Below, one piece after another: positions 58,588 through 64,000 of a stretch of 64,000 bases of DNA. The DNA lies in assembly GCA_051313645.2 (NCBI GenBank), contig JBNRSN020000023.1, forward strand, positions 23,684,001 to 23,748,000, read 5' to 3'. Position 1 is the first letter of the stretch. Each line of letters opens with the position of its first letter. This DNA comes from Centroscyllium fabricii. Lineage: Eukaryota. A model generated the notes under the pieces. That model made no database searches, was not told the DNA's origin, and saw only the letters and a list, made by a program, of their open reading frames with translations. The position numbers were made by a program, and so were the translations under genes.

Positions 58588-61500
58588 TGGCTTTTGGGTT
58601 GATGTCAGTATTGGTGTTGGTATTGGAGTTGGTGTTCGTATTGGGGTTGGTTTTGGTATGGGGTTGGGGTGGATGTTGGTGTTGAAATTGAGGTTGATGT
58701 TGGTATTGGGGTTGGTGTTTTTATTGGGGTTGTCATTTGTGTTGGCATTGGGGTTGCTTTTTATACTGGGGCGGGTGTTATTGGGGTTGATGTTTCTGGT
58801 GTTGGGATTTGTGTTATTGGGGCTGGTGTTGGTATTGGGTTTGCTGTTGGTATTGGGGCTGGTGTTGGTATTGGGGCTGGTGTTGGTATTGGGGTTGTCG
58901 TTCATGTTAGTGTTGGTATTGGGGTTTGTGTGGGTGTTGGGATTGGAGTTGGTGTTGGGATTGAGGTTGGCTTTGGTGTTGGTATTGGAATTGTTGTTGG
59001 GGTTGATGCTGGTATTGCGGCTGGGGTTAGCATTGTGGCTGGTGTTGATATTGTGGTTGGAGTTGATATTGGGGGTCCTGTTGGTATTGGGGTTGGGATT
59101 AGTTTGTTGTTGGTATTTGGGTTGTTGTTGGTATTGGCGTTTGTGTTGGGATTGGGGATGTTTTTGATGGAGTTGGTGTTTGTATTGGGGTTGGGATTAG
59201 TGTGGTGTTGGTATTGTGGTTGGGATCTGTATTATTGGGATTCCTATTGGTGTTGGTATTGAGGTTGGTAGTGGTATTGGGGTTGGTGTTGGGGTGGATG
59301 TTGGTGTTGAAAGTGGGGTTGGTGTTGGTATCGGGGCTGCAGTTGGTATTGCGTTTGTTGGTGTTGGTGTTAGGGTTGGTGTTGCTGGTGTTGGTATTGG
59401 AGTTGGTGTTGGTATTGTGGCTGGTGATGGTACTGGGGCTGCTGTTGGTATTGCGGTCAGCCTTGGTATTGGGGCTGATGGTGGGTTTGTTTTTGGTATT
59501 GTGGTTGGTGTTACTATTAGGGTTGGTGTTGTGATTGGGCATTGGTATTCGGGCTGGTGTAGGTATTGAGGTTGGTGTTGTTATTGTGGTTGGTGTTGGT
59601 ATTGTTTGCTGGTATTGGTGTTGGGGTTGGTATTGGAGTTGTTATTGGGGTTGATGCTGGTATTGTGGCTGGCATTAGTATTGTGGTTGGTGTTGGTATT
59701 TGGGTTGGGGTTGGTATTAGGGTTCCTGTTGGTATTGGGGTTGGTATTGTTATGGTGTTTGTTGGTATTTGGGTTGGTGTTGATGTTGGCATTGGGATTG
59801 TGGCTGGTGATGGTATTGGGGCTGTTGTTGGTATTGCGGTCAGCCTTGGTATTGGGGCTGATGTTGGGTTTGTTTTTGGTATTGTGGTTGGTGTTGCTAT
59901 TAGGGTTGGTGTTGGTTTTGGGGTGGGTTTTGGTTTTGCGATTGGTGTTGGTGATGGGGTTGGTGTTGGTCTTGGGGATGGTATTGTTGTCACAGATGGG
60001 AATTCCTCTTTAAGGAATCCATTTTGATTTCTATATTTTTGTTCTCTGTTTGGTATCTTGTTTTCCTGTTAATATAGCCTGTTGAACCTCACATACCTGT
60101 GTGTTCCTCGTTCTCTATGCCTGCATCTTATTGGTTAGCACTAATCTATCCAGTTGCTTGATCGGCTTATAAGCTGGGTGCTGAGACCAGGGAGTTGCCG
60201 GATCATTACTACTTTATACTACCAAGTAGCTTGTAACAACTTTGCAGTACTAGGACACACAGAGGTGCTGTTCTAGATCCGTGGGAGGCAGTGAGCTGGT
60301 GGATATGGATTTCTCCTTCTGAAGACTCTGGTAGAGTGAGTCCCTGCTGAAGGGCGGACTCTGGAAGATTCCTAAATTCTACATTCTGGACACTGTTCTC
60401 GATCACCTGAACTCAGGTTTGGACATTCCATTTATACATTATGGACATTGCTCGTTATGATCTGAACTCTGGAGCTCCGATGGAGGCTGTGTTGGTAGGG
60501 CGTTTCCCTGCTAGTGAATAATGGATTTCTCCTTCTGAAAACTCTGGTAGAGTGAGTCCCTGCTGTAGGGCGGACTCTGGGAGAGTTCCATTTCTTATTC
60601 TGGACATTGCTTTCTATTACCGGAACTCAGATATTGGACATTTCATTTCTACTGCAATGAGGTCTTTTCTGTAAGTAGGATGCTCTTTGCCGAGTGTCCT
60701 GGGAGTTTGGAATAAGGCTTGTTTCCAACTTCACAGAGGAAAACTATATCCAGGGATGCTCTTGGCCGAGTGTCCTGGGGGTACAGTTGGACATTGTTTG
60801 CAATCACCTGTACTCAGTATTGGACTTTTCATTACTACTACATAGGAGGCCCTTTCTGTTATTAGGATGCTCTTTCCTGAGTGTCCCGAGGGTTCAGTTT
60901 CTGTATTAAGCTTGTGCCAGTTTTCAGTGGAAGACTTGTTTTTTATGTTATATATTTTGTATGTATGGATGTAGTTGATTATGTTTTCTGCATTTTATAT
61001 TAAATAAAGGAGTTCTAGCTCTAGACAGCAGTTTTCAGTGTCTCGCATTTGGGCCCCACACCCAAACGTTACAATTGTGGTGGATGTTTGTGTTGAAGTT
61101 GGCATTGCTGTTGGTATTGGTGTTGCCATCTGTTTTGGGGTTGTTATTGGTATTGTGGCTGATACAGGTATTGCATGTGGCATTGGTATTTGGGCTGGTG
61201 TGGGTATTGGGGTTTGTGTTGGGACTGGGGTTGGTGTTGGTATTGGGTGTTGTGTTGGTATTAGGCTTCCTGTTGGTATTGGGGCTGGTATTGGTATTAT
61301 GGCGTTTGTTGCTGGTATTTGAGTTGGTGTTAGTATTGGGTTTGGTGTTGGGATTGGGGTTGGTGTTGGGTTTGGGGATGTTTTTGATGGAGTTGTTGTT
61401 TGTGTTGGGGTTGGGATTGGTGTGGTGTTGGGATCTGTGTTGTTATTGGGGTTCCTATTGGTGTTGGTATTGGGGTTGGTGTTGGTATAGCAGTTCCTAC

Positions 61501-62239
61501 TGGGGTTGGTGTTGGTATTGTTTTGATGTTGGTATTGGAGTTAGTGTTGGGTTTGGGGTTGGTATTGAGGCTGTTGTTGGTATTGGGGTTGTCTTGGTAT
61601 TGGGGTTGGTGCTGGTATTAGGGCTGGTGTTGGTATTGGTGTTGTTGCTGTTATTGGGGTTGGTGTTGGTATGGGGGTTGGTGTTTCTGTTGGCATGGTT
61701 GTTGGTGTTGAGTTTGGTGTTGGTATTGGCGTTGGTGCTGGTATTGGTATTAGGTATGGTGTTGGTGTTGATATTGGAGTTGTTATCAGTATTGGGGTTG
61801 ATGCTGGTATTGTGGTTGGGTTTGGTATTGGGGCTGGTGTTGGTAGGGGTTGGTATTGCATTTGGTGTTGGTGTTCTTATTTGAACTGGGGCTGGTGTTT
61901 TTATTGGGGTTGCTTTTTGGTCTTGGGTTTGGTCTTGGGATTGGCATTCGTCTTGGTATTGGGGTTTGTCTTGCTATTGGGGTTGGTGTTGGTATTGGTG
62001 CTGGTATTGGTATTGTGTTTGTTGTTATTGGGGTTGGTATCAGTGTTAGGGTTGATGCTGGTATTGTGGCTGGGGTTGGTATTGGGGTTGGTGTTGGTAT
62101 GTGGGATTGGTGTTGGGTCTGGGGCTGGTGTTGGTATTGGGGTTGGTGTTGGTCCTGGGACTGGTGTTGGTATTGGGGTAGGTGTTGGGTCTGGGGCTCA
62201 TGTTGGGTCTGGGGCTGGTGTTGGTATTGGGGCTGGTGT
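58588..62239. repeat. G/T-rich hexamer satellite (interrupted by the solo LTR at 59988-61073)
   Basis: Same periodicity. Confidence 0.92.
59988..61073 (+). mobile_element. Solo LTR (1086 bp) of the long-LTR family
   Basis: tgtcaca..cgttaca termini; exact TSD attgt at 59983-59987 and 61074-61078; tataag at ~60167; aataaa at ~61003; internal tandem modules. Confidence 0.9.
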
Positions 62240-63751
62240 TAAGAACATAAGAAAATAAGAAATAGGAGCAGGAGTCAGCCAATTGGCCCTTCGAGCCTGC
62301 ACTGCCATTCAACAAGATCATGGCTGATCTGATCCTAACCTCAAATCTACTTTCACTCTCCATCCCGCCCGAACCTATGTGATCTCCTGGGAGAGGCGAA
62401 AAACCAGACAAAAACTCATTGGCCAATATGGGAGAAAAAATCTGGAAAATTCATCTCTGACCCATCTAGGCGATTGAAACTTGTCCAGGAGATCACATTG
62501 CCGATCTGAACCTAGCATCACGTCCATTTTTCTGCCCGCTCACTGTAACCTCTAATCCCCTTTACTTTCAAGAAACTGTGAATCTCTGTTTTAAATTTAT
62601 TCAAAGTAGTAGCTTCCACAGCTCTCTTCGGCAGCAAATTCCACAGATCTACCACCCTCTGAGTGAAGAAGTTTCTTCTCATCTCAGTTTTGAAAGGGCA
62701 GCCCCTTATTCACAGATTATGCCCCCTAGTTCTAGTCTCACCCATCAGTGGAAACATCCTCACCGTGTCCACCCGATCAAGCCCCCTCACAATCTTATGT
62801 TTCGATAAGATCGCCTCTCACTCTTCTGAACTTCCAATGAGTAGAGGCCCAACCTACTGAACCTTTCCTTATAAGTCAATCCCCTGATCTCCGGAATCAA
62901 CTGAGTGAATCTTCTCAACTGCCTCGAGAGCAAGTATATCCTTTCTCAAATATGGAAACCAAAACTGTACGCAGTATTCCAGATGTGGCCTCACCAATGC
63001 CCTGTATAACTGTAGCAGAACTTTCCTGTTTTTATACTCCACCCCCCTTGCAATAAAGGCCAAGATTCTATTGGCCTTCCAGATCACCTGCTGTACCTGT
63101 ATACTAACCTTCTGTGTTTCATGCACCAAGACCCCCAGATCCCTTTGTACTTTAGAACTTTGAAGTTTCTCTCCATTCAGATAATAATTTGCTCTTTGAT
63201 TTTTTTTTTTGCCAAAGTGCATAACCTCACACTTTCCAACATTATATTCCATCTGCCAAATCTTTGCCCACTCACCTAGCCTGTCTATGTCCCTTTGCAG
63301 GTTTTTTATGTCCTCCTCACTCACTGCTTTCCCTCCCATCTTAGTATCGTCAGCAAACTTGGATACATTGCACTCGGTCCCTTCCTCCAAATCGTTAATA
63401 TAGATTGTAAAAAGTTGGGGTCCCAGCACTGACCCCTGCGGAACACCACTAGTCACTGATTGCCAATCTGAGAATGAACCATTTATCCCAACTCTGTTTT
63501 CTGTTAGATAGCGAATCTTCCACCCAAGCCAGTATATTACCCCCAATCCTGTGATTTTTTTATCTTGTGCAGTAATCTTTTGTTGCACCTTGTCAAATGC
63601 CTTTTGGAAGTCCAAATGCGCCACATCCACTGGTTCCCCTTTATCCACCCTGTTTGTTACGTCGTCAAAGAATTCGAGCAAATTTGTCAAACATGACTTC
63701 CCCTTCGTAAAACCATGCTGACTCTGTCCGATTAAGTTATACTTATCCAAA
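62240..63751 (-). mobile_element. 5'-truncated CR1 LINE (RT and 3'UTR)
   Basis: SQHGFTKGKSCLTNL..LDFQKAFDKV..GVPQGSVLGP..KFADDTK..RPHLEYCVQFW; tail seen as aagaacataagaaa on the plus strand. Confidence 0.92.
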
Positions 63752-64000
63752 TGTTGGTATTGGGATTGGTGTGGTATTGGGGCTGGTGTTGCTATTCGGT
63801 TGGGGTTGGTGCTGGTATTGGGGTTGATGTTGGTATTTAGGGTTGGTTCTGGTATTTGAGGTTGGTGTTGGAATTGGGGCCTGTGTTGGTATTGGGTTTG
63901 GGGTTGGTATTGGGTTTGGTGTTGTTGGTATTGGGCTTGGTCTTGGTATTGGGTTTGGTGTTGTTGGTATTGGGCTTGGTCTTGGTATTGGGGTTGGTGT
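63752..64000. repeat. G/T-rich hexamer satellite running off the window end
   Basis: Same periodicity; includes a ~42-bp tandem duplication near 63905-63990. Confidence 0.9.

Noticed and set aside
1340-64000. Hundreds of (GV/GI)n, (LV)n, (WC/WY)n, (PT)n and (NT)n ORFs as protein-coding genes
   Set aside because: They are open in several frames on both strands at once because the hexamers rarely create stops. They shift frame constantly and show no unique domain or splice structure.
1-64000. Interstitial vertebrate telomere array
   Set aside because: TTAGGG occurs only sporadically and not in tandem runs; the dominant units are GGTGTT, GGTATT and GGGGTT.
1-64000. Immunoglobulin switch-like region (GGGGT/GGGCT, G-rich strand)
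   Set aside because: AGCT/GAGCT motifs are rare, the period is 6 rather than 5, and no Ig exons or RSS are visible.

Overview
This is repeat-dense eukaryotic DNA with no recognisable host gene. The CR1, HE1-like and Penelope termini suggest a cartilaginous fish (inference). About 37 kb (roughly 58%, hand-summed) is one degenerate, strongly strand-asymmetric G/T-rich satellite built from GGN-NTT hexamers (base 18-mer GGTGTTGGTATTGGGGTT) with kb-scale higher-order structure. Almost every low-complexity ORF in the track is a by-product of this satellite. Inserted into it are: a Rex1/Babar LINE; two Penelope-like end fragments (one with a hammerhead-like core); an isolated LINE ORF1 5' fragment; a full-length but degenerate Sushi/Tf1-type chromoviral Gypsy element (10605-16991) carrying three nested inserts; three solo LTRs; a very young non-autonomous element with two 993-bp LTRs and a 159-bp interior (34338-36482); a long CR1 LINE containing a PIF/Harbinger transposon and a non-coding TIR element; further CR1 copies; and a 5S-derived SINE. 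The most notable observations are: (1) tRNA-independent self-priming signatures in both the Gypsy element and the tiny-interior LTR element; (2) a PEG10-like -1 frameshift cassette; (3) conserved RNA-structure and TGGACATT motifs in a family of long LTRs; (4) the satellite appears to act as an orientation-biased landing pad for retroelements. All family assignments come from motif recognition by eye; no database searches were run.
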